Positions 38,092 to 47,808 of a DNA stretch of 64,000 nucleotides are shown in pieces. Below the pieces are notes generated by a model that saw only the letters and a program-made list of their open reading frames with translations, was not told where the DNA came from and searched no databases. The stretch comes from Spirochaetia bacterium (GTDB lineage: Bacteria > Spirochaetota > Spirochaetia > DSM-2461), in assembly GCA_963668315.1 (NCBI GenBank), contig OY764216.1, forward strand, positions 1,504,001 to 1,568,000, written 5' to 3'. Each line of letters starts with the position of its first letter. The stretch's first letter is position 1. The position numbers were made by a program, and so were the translations under genes.

Positions 38092-40638
38092 ATGCATATA
38101 GTAAAGCGTGACGGTACGCGTCAAAATTACGATAACCGAAAAATCCGCGAGGCCGTGATTAAAGCATTCAGAAGTGTCGATTCGGACCCGGAGGATAAAA
38201 CGCTGGACGAACTGATCGGGAATATGGAAAGGGAGATTTTTTCCCGCCATGGGGAAGGTATTCCCGTAACGGTTGAGTTTATCCAGGATCTGGCGGAGAA
38301 ACATCTCATGGAGATGGATCTCTTTCCTGTGGCGAAAAGTTATATTCTCTACCGGGAAGAACACGGCAGGAAAAGAAGCGGTCGGACTGCTCTGCTGGCC
38401 AAAATCCCTCCCCCCTCCGACGGGGAAAAGGGTGAATCCCTTTCCAATCTGATGAGGAAGATACAGGATACCTACAGGGAGGACGTCTACGATCTCTCTC
38501 TCCTCCACCATAAGTTCGCCGCCTTTTTCAAGGAGGGTATCTCCCGGGAAGAGGGCCTGAGGCTTCTAGTGAAGGCCGCACTGGAGCTGACCATGCAGGA
38601 TGCTCCTGACTGGGAATTCATCGCTTCCCGCCTGGAGTATTACCGGTTCAGCGAATCTCTCGGGCCCTACCTCAGGAAAAGGGGGATAGACTCGTTCTAC
38701 GGGAAGATTCTCTGGATGACCGGGGAAGGTCTTTACGGAGAGTATATCCTGGAACATTATCCGAAGGCGGATGTGGACTTTTTTGAAGAACAGCTGGCGG
38801 AAGAACGGAACGAGCTCCTAACCTACAGCGCCCTTGATCTGCTGATCAAAAGGTATCTGATAAGGGACAGGGAAAACCGCGTGGTTGAAACGCCCCAGGA
38901 ACTGTTTATGGGTATTGCCATGCATCTGTGCATGAATGAAAAAGAGAACAGGCGGGACTGGGTCCTAAAGACCTATCGCATGCTCAGTCTGCTTCAGGTA
39001 ACCATGGCCACTCCCACCCTCTCGAACGGACGCAAGCCCTTTCATCAGCTCTCCTCCTGCTTTATCGATGCTGTCCCCGATTCGCTGGACGGAATCTACC
39101 GGAGCATCACCAGTTTCGCCCAGGTTTCCAAATACGGGGGCGGCATGGGACTCTATTTCGGAAAGGTGCGGGCCGTGGGATCTCCTATCCGCGGGTTTAA
39201 GGGAGCCGCCGGCGGCGTCATCCGCTGGATCAAGCTGGCTAACGATACGGCCGTGGCGGTGGATCAGCTGGGCGTGAGGCAGGGTGCTGTGGCGGTCTAT
39301 CTGGACATCTGGCATAAGGATCTGCCCGAATTTCTACAGCTCAGGACAAACAACGGCGACGACAGAATGAAGGCCCACGACGTCTTTCCCGCTCTCTGTG
39401 TCCCCGACTACTTCTGGCAGAAAGTCGGCGAGGGGCTCGAAGGGGACTGGCAGCTCATGTGCCCCCATGAGATACTTTCTGTCAAAGGGTACTCCCTGGA
39501 GGACAGCTGGGGTGAGGAGTGGACCGCGAAATATAAAGAGTGCCTTGACGACAGGCGCATAGAAAAGCGTTCCATCCCCTTGAAAGACCTTGTCCGTATG
39601 ATCATCAAATCCGCCGTGGAAACGGGAACGCCTTTCATCTTCAACCGGGATCACGTGAACCGGATGAATCCCAACGGCCATGAAGGCATGGTGTACTGCT
39701 CCAATCTCTGCACCGAAATCGCCCAGAACATGAAGCCCTCCCGGCTCAAGTCACGCACGTTCACCGAAGAGGGTGATCCCGTTGTCATAGAGGAGACGGT
39801 TCCCGGGGATTTTGTGGTTTGTAATCTGGCCTCCCTTGTTCTGGGGAACATCGATACGGTGAAGCCCGGCGAACTGGAAGATATCGTCCATACCGCTGTC
39901 AGGGTTCTGGATAACGTCATCGATCTGAATTTTTATCCCGTTCCCTATGCGAAAATCACCAACCGGAAGTACCGTCCCGTAGGTCTGGGTATCAGCGGCT
40001 ACCACCACGCCCTGGTTCAGGCGGGGCTGACCTGGGAGAGCGACGCCCATCTGGCCTGGGCCGACAGGATTTTCGAAAGAATCAGCTACGCCTCGGTGGA
40101 CGCCAGCTCCGCCCTGGCCGCCGAGAAAGGCTCCTATTCCCGGTTCACCGGCTCCGATTGGGAGACGGGGGCCTTTTTTGACAAGCGGAACTACGGCGGT
40201 GAAAGATGGGACGCACTTCGCCGCCGGGTGGCCGAAAGGGGCATGAGAAACGGGTATCTGCTGGCCGTGGCGCCCACCAGTTCCACCTCCATCGTGGCCG
40301 GCACCACGGCGGGAATCGATCCGGTCATGAGCAAATTCTTTCTGGAAGAGAAAAAAGCCATGACCGTTCCCCGGGTGGCTCCGGGACTGAACCCGTCCAC
40401 GTTCTGGCTCTATAAGAACGCCCACCATATTGACCAGAGATGGTCGGTCAAGGCGGCGGGAGTCAGGCAGAGGCATATCGATCAGGCCCAGTCCCTGAAT
40501 CTGTACATCACCACCGAGTTTACCCTGAGACAGGTCCTGAATCTCTATCTGGACGCCTGGAAGGAGGGGGTGAAAACGGTCTATTACATACGGTCCAAAT
40601 CACTGGAAGTGGAAGAGTGCGAAAGCTGTTCCGCATAG
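38092..40638 (+). CDS. nrdA: Ribonucleoside-diphosphate reductase class I alpha subunit (ATP-cone plus a second cone-like segment)
   Basis: IVKRDG ATP-cone, ATPTL, LSSCF, SNLCTEI, VCNLAS, APTSSTS, TVYY, C-terminal CESC. Confidence 0.95.
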   Translation: MHIVKRDGTRQNYDNRKIREAVIKAFRSVDSDPEDKTLDELIGNMEREIFSRHGEGIPVTVEFIQDLAEKHLMEMDLFPVAKSYILYREEHGRKRSGRTALLAKIPPPSDGEKGESLSNLMRKIQDTYREDVYDLSLLHHKFAAFFKEGISREEGLRLLVKAALELTMQDAPDWEFIASRLEYYRFSESLGPYLRKRGIDSFYGKILWMTGEGLYGEYILEHYPKADVDFFEEQLAEERNELLTYSALDLLIKRYLIRDRENRVVETPQELFMGIAMHLCMNEKENRRDWVLKTYRMLSLLQVTMATPTLSNGRKPFHQLSSCFIDAVPDSLDGIYRSITSFAQVSKYGGGMGLYFGKVRAVGSPIRGFKGAAGGVIRWIKLANDTAVAVDQLGVRQGAVAVYLDIWHKDLPEFLQLRTNNGDDRMKAHDVFPALCVPDYFWQKVGEGLEGDWQLMCPHEILSVKGYSLEDSWGEEWTAKYKECLDDRRIEKRSIPLKDLVRMIIKSAVETGTPFIFNRDHVNRMNPNGHEGMVYCSNLCTEIAQNMKPSRLKSRTFTEEGDPVVIEETVPGDFVVCNLASLVLGNIDTVKPGELEDIVHTAVRVLDNVIDLNFYPVPYAKITNRKYRPVGLGISGYHHALVQAGLTWESDAHLAWADRIFERISYASVDASSALAAEKGSYSRFTGSDWETGAFFDKRNYGGERWDALRRRVAERGMRNGYLLAVAPTSSTSIVAGTTAGIDPVMSKFFLEEKKAMTVPRVAPGLNPSTFWLYKNAHHIDQRWSVKAAGVRQRHIDQAQSLNLYITTEFTLRQVLNLYLDAWKEGVKTVYYIRSKSLEVEECESCSA

Positions 40639-40659
40639 AAGCAAAGGAGAAGAAGAATC

Positions 40660-41706
40660 ATGAACGAACAGCTTAGAAGGAAGCCCCTTTTCAATGAAGG
40701 GGGAGAATCGGATGTGAGCAAGAGGCAGATCATCGGAGGGAACACCACCAATCTGAACGATTTCAACAATCTCAAATACGGCTGGGTGTCCGACTGGTAC
40801 CGGCACAGTATGAATAACTTCTGGATCCCTGAAGAGATCAACCTGCAGAGCGATGTGAAGGAGTACCGCCTCCTGAGCCCCGACGAGAGAAACGCCTATG
40901 ATAAGATCCTCTCCTTCCTGGTCTTTCTGGACAGTATCCAGACGGCCAATCTGCCCGCCATGGGAGAATACATCACGGCCAACGAGATTAATCTGTGCCT
41001 GACCATCCACGCCTTTCAGGAGGCGGTTCATTCCCAGAGCTACAGTTATATGCTGGACACCATCTGCTCTCCCGAGGAGCGGAACGGCATCCTCTACCAG
41101 TGGCGGGACGATGAGCATCTTCTGGGGCGGAACAAATTTATCGGCGATCTGTACAACCGCTTCCAGGTTGATCCCAGCCCGGTGAATCTGGTCCGCACCG
41201 CCGTGGCCAACTACGTTCTGGAGGGAATCTATTTCTTTTCGGGCTTCATGTTTTTCTATAATCTCGGGCGCAACGGCAAGATGAGCGGCAGCGTGCAGGA
41301 AATCCGCTATATCAACCGGGATGAGAATACCCATCTTCTGCTCTTCCGCTCCATCATTCTGGAACTGAAGAAGGAAAGGCCCGAGCTTTTCACCGAGGAG
41401 CTGAACCGGGAGTACCGGGAGATGATCCGCCAGGGGGTGGAACAGGAGATAGAGTGGGGCTGCTATGTTATCGGCGACCGCATCCCCGGACTGACAGAGG
41501 GAATGATCCGCTCCTATATCCGCTATCTGGGAAACCTGCGCTGTACCGGGCTGGGCCTGAAACCGCTTTATGAAGGGGAGGAGAAGGAACCGGAATCCAT
41601 GAAATGGATCGGCCAGTACAGCAACGCCAATATGATAAAGACCGATTTTTTCGAGGCGAAATCGACGGCCTACTCCAAATCGACGGCCCTGGTGGACGAT
41701 CTTTAG
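40660..41706 (+). CDS. nrdB: Ribonucleoside-diphosphate reductase class I beta subunit
   Basis: FWIPEE, D ligand (FLDSIQ), EAVHSQSY (radical Tyr), LEGIYF, RDENTH, DFFE..Y tail. Confidence 0.95.
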   Translation: MNEQLRRKPLFNEGGESDVSKRQIIGGNTTNLNDFNNLKYGWVSDWYRHSMNNFWIPEEINLQSDVKEYRLLSPDERNAYDKILSFLVFLDSIQTANLPAMGEYITANEINLCLTIHAFQEAVHSQSYSYMLDTICSPEERNGILYQWRDDEHLLGRNKFIGDLYNRFQVDPSPVNLVRTAVANYVLEGIYFFSGFMFFYNLGRNGKMSGSVQEIRYINRDENTHLLLFRSIILELKKERPELFTEELNREYREMIRQGVEQEIEWGCYVIGDRIPGLTEGMIRSYIRYLGNLRCTGLGLKPLYEGEEKEPESMKWIGQYSNANMIKTDFFEAKSTAYSKSTALVDDL

Positions 41707-41727
41707 GTTCCGTCCGGGGGGAAAGGC

Positions 41728-42492
41728 TTAGTTCCTCTCTTCCAGCCAGTCGGCGGTCATCTGAAGGACATCCTCTTTCTCTTCTCCCGTGATAAGGACG
41801 TGATGGCTGTTTTTCAGGCGGACTTCCATCAGGGGGCAACTTGCGTCCAGTCCGGCTTTTATGACCCGGCCCGCTTCCAGGGGCACCGATTCATCGGTTT
41901 CGGAAAGCAGGAGGAGCAGGGGGGATTTCACAGCCTTCATCTCCTTCTGTGCTATTTTCTGAAGTTTTCTCAGATGGGCCGCCTGGCGGGGAATATCGAC
42001 TGTCCAGTACTCCTGTCCCAGAATTTTCCGGTCTTCCGAAGCATCCGGTTCCGGTTCCCAATTCTTCTTCAGGGGGCCGATAAGACGCCCCAGAAACGGA
42101 GTCAGATAGAAGAGTCTGTTTCTGACGGCCATGGCCGGCGCCAGAAGGACGGTGCGTCGGGGAGAGTAGCGGGAGGCCAGGATCAGGGCAAGAACGCCTC
42201 CCATGGAAAGGCCGACCAGGGAGACATCCTCATAGAGGGCGCTCAGGTCACGGTAGCAGTCCTCCACATGGAGAAGCCAGTCCCGCCATCCGGTGGTCAT
42301 GAAATCTTTCCTGTTCGTCCCGTGGCCGGGCAGACGGGGCAGGGAAACGGTGTACCCCAGCTCATTCAGTTTTCGGGCCAGCGGGTAAAACTCCCCCGTG
42401 TATCCTGTAAAGCCGTGGATGATGAGAACGGCTTTACTACTGTTTCCCTCCAGATTGAGGGGTAGGGCTTCTTTGACGACTTTTGTTTCCAT
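41728..42492 (-). CDS. Alpha/beta hydrolase (carboxylesterase)
   Basis: HGFTG, LPGHG, GLSMGG nucleophile elbow, D and H of the catalytic triad. Confidence 0.9.
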   Translation of the reverse strand: METKVVKEALPLNLEGNSSKAVLIIHGFTGYTGEFYPLARKLNELGYTVSLPRLPGHGTNRKDFMTTGWRDWLLHVEDCYRDLSALYEDVSLVGLSMGGVLALILASRYSPRRTVLLAPAMAVRNRLFYLTPFLGRLIGPLKKNWEPEPDASEDRKILGQEYWTVDIPRQAAHLRKLQKIAQKEMKAVKSPLLLLLSETDESVPLEAGRVIKAGLDASCPLMEVRLKNSHHVLITGEEKEDVLQMTADWLEERN

Positions 42493-42530
42493 GGTTCTCT
42501 ATTTTCCCGGCATCAGGGGCATCTGTCAAT

Positions 42531-43043
42531 TCATTTCTGCGTAAACCGGCTGAATCGGTATTCCAGGCTTACTTCCGGAAGAAGAATCGGCACACGCCAG
42601 CCATGGTTCGCCTGGTATTCGTTGTAGTAAAGGACGCCGGCTTTAAGACCCAGAACACCCCTTCTGAAGGCATACCCACCATTCAGGTTTATTCCCGGAC
42701 CGAATCCCGCGAAGGGATGGTCTATTATCGGATCTCTGTCCAGAAGTGTCCCCTCCAGAATATTGACGCATCCTATGTTGAGCCCGAATTCCGTACTCAG
42801 CCTGAATGGACTTTCCCCGTCTATCAGCTTATAGTAACCGGCGAAATCATAGGTGAATACGGTAAAGCCGAAAAAGGGGAAACCCACAGAGCCTTTTATT
42901 CCCCAGCGGTCTCCCAGATCATGCTGCAGCCCCACCTTGAGGGAGAGCATCTGATCCAGTTCCACGTATATGTCATCTGTAAAGGAAGGCGCTGCCAGAA
43001 GAAAGAGCAGCGCTGCCGCAAGAAGGTTTTTCCGGAGATTCAT
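42531..43043 (-). CDS. Hypothetical exported protein, possibly a small beta-barrel
   Basis: Signal peptide, Gly/aromatic alternating strands, VSLEYRF near the C-terminus; SD GGAGG. Confidence 0.6.
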   Translation of the reverse strand: MNLRKNLLAAALLFLLAAPSFTDDIYVELDQMLSLKVGLQHDLGDRWGIKGSVGFPFFGFTVFTYDFAGYYKLIDGESPFRLSTEFGLNIGCVNILEGTLLDRDPIIDHPFAGFGPGINLNGGYAFRRGVLGLKAGVLYYNEYQANHGWRVPILLPEVSLEYRFSRFTQK

Positions 43044-43071
43044 AAATATCCTCCCCGGGATTCGGGTTATC

Positions 43072-43740
43072 CTATTCTACGGGGTACCCTTTTCGCGCCC
43101 AGTCCCCGAACCCGTACCTTAAATTATAAACCCTGGTAAAGCCGGCGTCAATGAGAAGGCGGGAGGCCACGGTGCTGCGGTTTCCCGAAGCACAGTAAAC
43201 CAGAATATCGCTGTCCCTGTAATCGTTCAGCTTGTCAAGGTTTTCCGCCAGGATCTGTACGGGAATCAGCTCGGCGCCGGGAAGATGACCGCCCCGGTAT
43301 TCCCCTTCGGTCCGGACGTCAAGAACATAGGGACCGGTCTGAGACATCAGCTCGGCCGCTTCATCGGCGGTCACTTCCCTGTAGTGAGCCTCGGTCAGTT
43401 CTTTTACGACCAGCGTTCCCCTGAGGTCTCCCAGGGTAAAGGCGAAAGTTCCCGATTCCTTGATCTTCACATAGGGATCTTCCGTTTCCGGGCGGGGCAT
43501 GGACGCGTTTATTCCCAGATCCGGCACGGAGAACACAAGGGGATTCCCCTGAATTTCGAATACAATATAATCTCCCCGGTAGACGGTGTAGTTCAGGGAT
43601 TCAGCCGCGGTATCCACGGGAAGATAGCGTAAGCCTCCCGTCAGGGTACCGGAAATCTCATCTCCCTTTCCGCTGCTCTGGGCGGTACAGGAAAACAGGA
43701 AAAACAGGCTGAGTGACATCAGCAGGACGATTTTTTTCAT
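43072..43740 (-). CDS. Rhodanese-domain lipoprotein
   Basis: Lipobox LFSC; LDVRTEGEY.GGHLPGA, YCASGNRS active loop, NLRYGF. Confidence 0.85.
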   Translation of the reverse strand: MKKIVLLMSLSLFFLFSCTAQSSGKGDEISGTLTGGLRYLPVDTAAESLNYTVYRGDYIVFEIQGNPLVFSVPDLGINASMPRPETEDPYVKIKESGTFAFTLGDLRGTLVVKELTEAHYREVTADEAAELMSQTGPYVLDVRTEGEYRGGHLPGAELIPVQILAENLDKLNDYRDSDILVYCASGNRSTVASRLLIDAGFTRVYNLRYGFGDWARKGYPVE

Positions 43741-43865
43741 ACTTACCTCACTTATATATAGTGAAAATAATATATCCTGAGGGGAGAATCCAGTTTTTTT
43801 TTGCATTTTTGTTATATAACCTCTATAGTTATTTAACCATGAAATTCTGTGAAGCGAGGAAATAA

Positions 43866-45611
43866 ATGAAACGGATTCTCACCATTGTCTCATTAATAGT
43901 CATACTATTTCTTAACAGCTGCGTCAGCAGCGAAATAAAGGGAGCCCGGGACGGGGACCTGAACGCCGTCAGGGAGTATGTGTCCCAGGGCGGGGATGTG
44001 AATGAAAAGAAAAACGGAGGCATGACCCTGCTTATGTATGCCGCGGCGGGAGGACATATTCAGATTATCGATTACCTGATGGCCCAGGGCGCCGATCTGA
44101 GAATACGGGATAACCGCGGCTATACGGCCTTTCTGCACGGCGCCTCTGCCGGCCGGAATATTTCACTCGATTCCCTTCTGGGATACGGGGCATCCCTGGA
44201 GGACCGGGACAACCAGGGAAGGTCCGCTCTGATGATCACCGTCTCCCGCGATCTGTACGGTACGGCGGAGTATCTCCTCAACAGGGGAATCGATCCACTG
44301 ACAAAGGACAACAGCGGGTGGACTGCCCTTCTTCTGGCTTTGGATAAAAGCGCGGAATACGATGGGGGATTCCATAGGATTTACGATCTCCTCGCCGGCC
44401 GGGGATTAGGCTTTTCCATCACCGATGCTCCGGTGCCGGATATCGCCTTTCATGCGGCCCGTTCGGGCAACAGGGATGTTCTGGAGCTGCTTCTGGGAAA
44501 AGGGCTTGACCGGAATATACGGAACAGCCACGGCGACACCCTTCTCCATGCCGGGGTCCTCCATGAGGATATGGCTGCCTATCTGCTTGGGCTGGGACTG
44601 GATAAAAACGTTTTGAATCGGGAGAATGAGACTCCCCTGATTCTGGCCGTCAAAGGGGACGCCATCGACTCCGTCCGTCTGCTTCTGCGGGAAGACGCCT
44701 GGCTCGAGCAGAGGGACAGAGACGGGAAAACGGCACTACTCTACAGCGCCGATGGAGCCGAGCTGGAGATCCTTCGCATGCTGATCGTGGTGGGCTCCGA
44801 TATTTTTATTACCGACAGGGAGGGAAATACGGCCCTTCACCTGGCCGCGAAAAGCGGTACCCCCGAAGGGGTTCGGCTGCTGCTGACTGCGGGCATTTAC
44901 GTGAACAGTACCAACGGGGACGGGAAAACACCCTATGAGGTGAGCTTTGCCAATGTTACCAGGGGCGAAGAGATCCGCCGGATACTCGTGACGGCCGGCG
45001 CCGTTGTCCCTGAAACGGAGACCGAGAGTGCCGATCCTGCCGCTGCGGATGCGAATCTGGAGTCCATGGGAGAGGTGCTTGAGGCGGAGGAAACCGAAGA
45101 TTTCGGCTTTATCATCGAACAGCCCGCCGAAGATGAGGTCGAGCCGGCAACGGAGAGTGAGGCGGCCGATGAACAGGTAGATACCGAGAATCCCGCCACC
45201 CCGCAGACCCAGGGGGAGGAAGAGCCCCTGCCGGAAGCGATCGCTGCGGATGATCAGGTTCAGGAGATTGAACCGGCTGTTCAGGATCTGCTTCTCTCAT
45301 GGACCCGGATCAATCCCTCCCGGGCCAAAGGCTGGAACAACAGGGATAAACTGACCTCCCGGGGGCGCATCGTCCTCCGTTACGAAGGGGAGGGGAAAAA
45401 GGATGTGATAAGGGAATTCACCCTGCCCATGCAGGGCGTAAACGGCAAGGCGGGTTCTCTGGAGTTTGAAGCCGAATGGAACGGATCGGATCCGGTGACC
45501 CTTATCATGATCCTTGAGACGGAGCAGGGGAAATCCCTTATCAGCGAATATTCCCTGGGCGGAGATGCCGGGGAGGGACCTGTCCTGTTCGGTGACTTCC
45601 GCTACGAGTAA
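43866..45611 (+). CDS. Ankyrin-repeat lipoprotein with acidic linker and unknown C-terminal domain
   Basis: Lipobox LNSC; about 10 G.T.L..A repeats; E/A/D-rich tract. Confidence 0.88.
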   Translation: MKRILTIVSLIVILFLNSCVSSEIKGARDGDLNAVREYVSQGGDVNEKKNGGMTLLMYAAAGGHIQIIDYLMAQGADLRIRDNRGYTAFLHGASAGRNISLDSLLGYGASLEDRDNQGRSALMITVSRDLYGTAEYLLNRGIDPLTKDNSGWTALLLALDKSAEYDGGFHRIYDLLAGRGLGFSITDAPVPDIAFHAARSGNRDVLELLLGKGLDRNIRNSHGDTLLHAGVLHEDMAAYLLGLGLDKNVLNRENETPLILAVKGDAIDSVRLLLREDAWLEQRDRDGKTALLYSADGAELEILRMLIVVGSDIFITDREGNTALHLAAKSGTPEGVRLLLTAGIYVNSTNGDGKTPYEVSFANVTRGEEIRRILVTAGAVVPETETESADPAAADANLESMGEVLEAEETEDFGFIIEQPAEDEVEPATESEAADEQVDTENPATPQTQGEEEPLPEAIAADDQVQEIEPAVQDLLLSWTRINPSRAKGWNNRDKLTSRGRIVLRYEGEGKKDVIREFTLPMQGVNGKAGSLEFEAEWNGSDPVTLIMILETEQGKSLISEYSLGGDAGEGPVLFGDFRYE

Positions 45612-45632
45612 TCCCCGAAGGAAAACCGTCCT

Positions 45633-46574
45633 CTATATCCCCAGGAATGCCATGATTCCCATGAGCAGAATCAGGGTCACCGGGGTGTAGAGGATGAGGA
45701 TATTATTATAGAAGCGGCTCTCCTTTTCTTTCTCCTTTCCCAGAAAAACGGGAATAATAAAGGGGGGCGGTATAAGAAAAAAGATGATAAACGCATAGAT
45801 CATCATCCTGTCCAGTTCCATAATATACCGGGAGGTTATCCAGCCCAGGGCCGTTCCGGCCAGAGCCACCGAGATAAGTCTGAGACCGATCAACCTGACT
45901 GCCGCTCCTTTTTCCCTCCTGTCGAAGCGCAGCTGGGAGCCGATGGTGAGAAGAATCAGGGGGGTGACAATCTGGGAAAGCATACGGGCCGATTCCAGAA
46001 TCCCCCGGGTGACGGCCAGAGATGCTGTCTGCCTGTAAATCCCCGACAGGTTAAGAAAAAGGGCGGCGATAATGGCCAGGATGATGGGGGATTTGAGGAA
46101 GGAGGAGAGAATTCTCTTCAGAGAGGTCTTTTCGTGATTCTGTGATTCCAGCAGGGGAGCGTAGACAAACCAGATGAAGAACTCATGTCCCAGTCCCAGA
46201 AGCAGAATGGACGGCAGGTTTTCCGGGCCGAAGAGACTGGTGAACAGGGCCACACCCACCATGCCGAATTCGAAGCCCGTGAAAAAGAAGGGCGACAAGG
46301 GATAGGGGCTCAGCCCTGTCTTCCAGAAAAGATACCCCGCACCGAAGAGGATGAGGCAGACCAGGAATACCAGGGAGAAGAGAAGAAGCGAGGAGAGGTG
46401 AATCTCCATGGTCAGAAAGGAGAGAAACAGAATGGCGGGAAGTCCCCCCGTGACAATCAGGTTTTTCAGAGAACCAACCGCCTGATCGGGGAGAAGACCT
46501 GTCCTGTTGAAGACAAACCCCAGGGCCAGAAGAAAAAATATGGGGAAAAAACGGATAAACAGTTCGGAAGCCAT
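45633..46574 (-). CDS. AEC (auxin efflux carrier) family transporter
   Basis: About 10 TM; LPAILFLSF, SPIILAII, PLILLTIG. Confidence 0.75.
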   Translation of the reverse strand: MASELFIRFFPIFFLLALGFVFNRTGLLPDQAVGSLKNLIVTGGLPAILFLSFLTMEIHLSSLLLFSLVFLVCLILFGAGYLFWKTGLSPYPLSPFFFTGFEFGMVGVALFTSLFGPENLPSILLLGLGHEFFIWFVYAPLLESQNHEKTSLKRILSSFLKSPIILAIIAALFLNLSGIYRQTASLAVTRGILESARMLSQIVTPLILLTIGSQLRFDRREKGAAVRLIGLRLISVALAGTALGWITSRYIMELDRMMIYAFIIFFLIPPPFIIPVFLGKEKEKESRFYNNILILYTPVTLILLMGIMAFLGI

Positions 46575-46653
46575 GATTCAAGTATGAATTCTCAATAAAC
46601 ACTTGTCAATTGAAATATGAATGATAATATGGATAGATAAGAGGAGACATATT

Positions 46654-47685
46654 ATGTATCAAGCGGACAGCGAACGTTACGATAATCTGAATTACAACAG
46701 GTGCGGCAACAGCGGCCTGATGCTTCCCGTTCTTTCCCTGGGACTGTGGCAGAATTTCGGATTTGATACACCCTTTGATAAAATCAGAGAAAAGATCTTT
46801 ACCGCCTTCGACCTGGGGATAACCCATTTCGACCTGGCGAATAACTACGGCCCTCCCTACGGTTCGGCGGAAGAGAATTTCGGCAAAGTGATGGCGAAGG
46901 ATCTTAAGCCCTACCGTGACGAGCTCATCATCTCCACCAAAGCGGGGTATGATATGTGGCCCGGCCCCTACGGCAACTGGGGCTCCCGTAAATACCTGAC
47001 TGCCAGTCTGGACCAGAGCCTCAGGAGGATGGGACTGGACTATGTGGACATTTTTTATTCCCACCGCTATGACCCCAACACCCCCCTGGAGGAGACCATG
47101 GGAGCCCTGGCTTCGGCGGTGAAGCAGGGAAAGGCCCTTTACGCCGGAATCTCCTCCTATTCGGCGGACAAGACCCGCAAGGCCGCCAAGATTCTGGAGG
47201 ATATGGGCGTGCCCCTGCTGATACACCAGCCCTCCTACTCCATGCTCAACCGCTGGGTGGAAGAAGAGCTTTTGGACGTGCTCAAAAAGACCGGAACCGG
47301 CTGTATCGCCTTTTCCCCTCTGGCCCAGGGCATGCTGACCGGCAAGTACCTGAACGGTATACCCGAAGGTTCCCGGGCCAGCCGGGCGGGAAGCCTTAAA
47401 AAGGAATTTCTGAACAAGGAAAATATCGCCCGTCTGAACGGTTTGGATGACATTGCCAAGAAACGGGGACAGTCCCTGGCGCAGATGGCCCTCGTCTGGG
47501 CTGCCCGGAGGCCGGAGGTGACCAGTGTTCTCATCGGTGCCAGCAGCAGCAAGCAGATAAAAGAGAATATCAGCGCTTTCGATAATCCCGACTTTACCAA
47601 AGAGGAACTGGAGGAGATTGATGCTTTCGCCCAGGAGAGCGGTATCAATCTCTGGGCCCGTTCAAGCAGTGACGGTAAAGCCTGA
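46654..47685 (+). CDS. gpr: L-glyceraldehyde-3-phosphate reductase (YghZ/Gpr aldo-keto reductase)
   Basis: SLGLWQNFG, HFDLANNYGPPYGSAE, STKAGYDMWPGPYG, GKALYAGISSY. Confidence 0.9.
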   Translation: MYQADSERYDNLNYNRCGNSGLMLPVLSLGLWQNFGFDTPFDKIREKIFTAFDLGITHFDLANNYGPPYGSAEENFGKVMAKDLKPYRDELIISTKAGYDMWPGPYGNWGSRKYLTASLDQSLRRMGLDYVDIFYSHRYDPNTPLEETMGALASAVKQGKALYAGISSYSADKTRKAAKILEDMGVPLLIHQPSYSMLNRWVEEELLDVLKKTGTGCIAFSPLAQGMLTGKYLNGIPEGSRASRAGSLKKEFLNKENIARLNGLDDIAKKRGQSLAQMALVWAARRPEVTSVLIGASSSKQIKENISAFDNPDFTKEELEEIDAFAQESGINLWARSSSDGKA

Positions 47686-47808
47686 TCGTAGAGTTCTGAA
47701 AGGCCGGGTTTCTCTTCCCGCCCCTGTTGGGGGAGGCTCCTGGCCGAACTTCCGGAGCAGGGACATTAACAGCTTGTCATAATACCTTAGTCGTGGCATA
47801 GTAGTATT

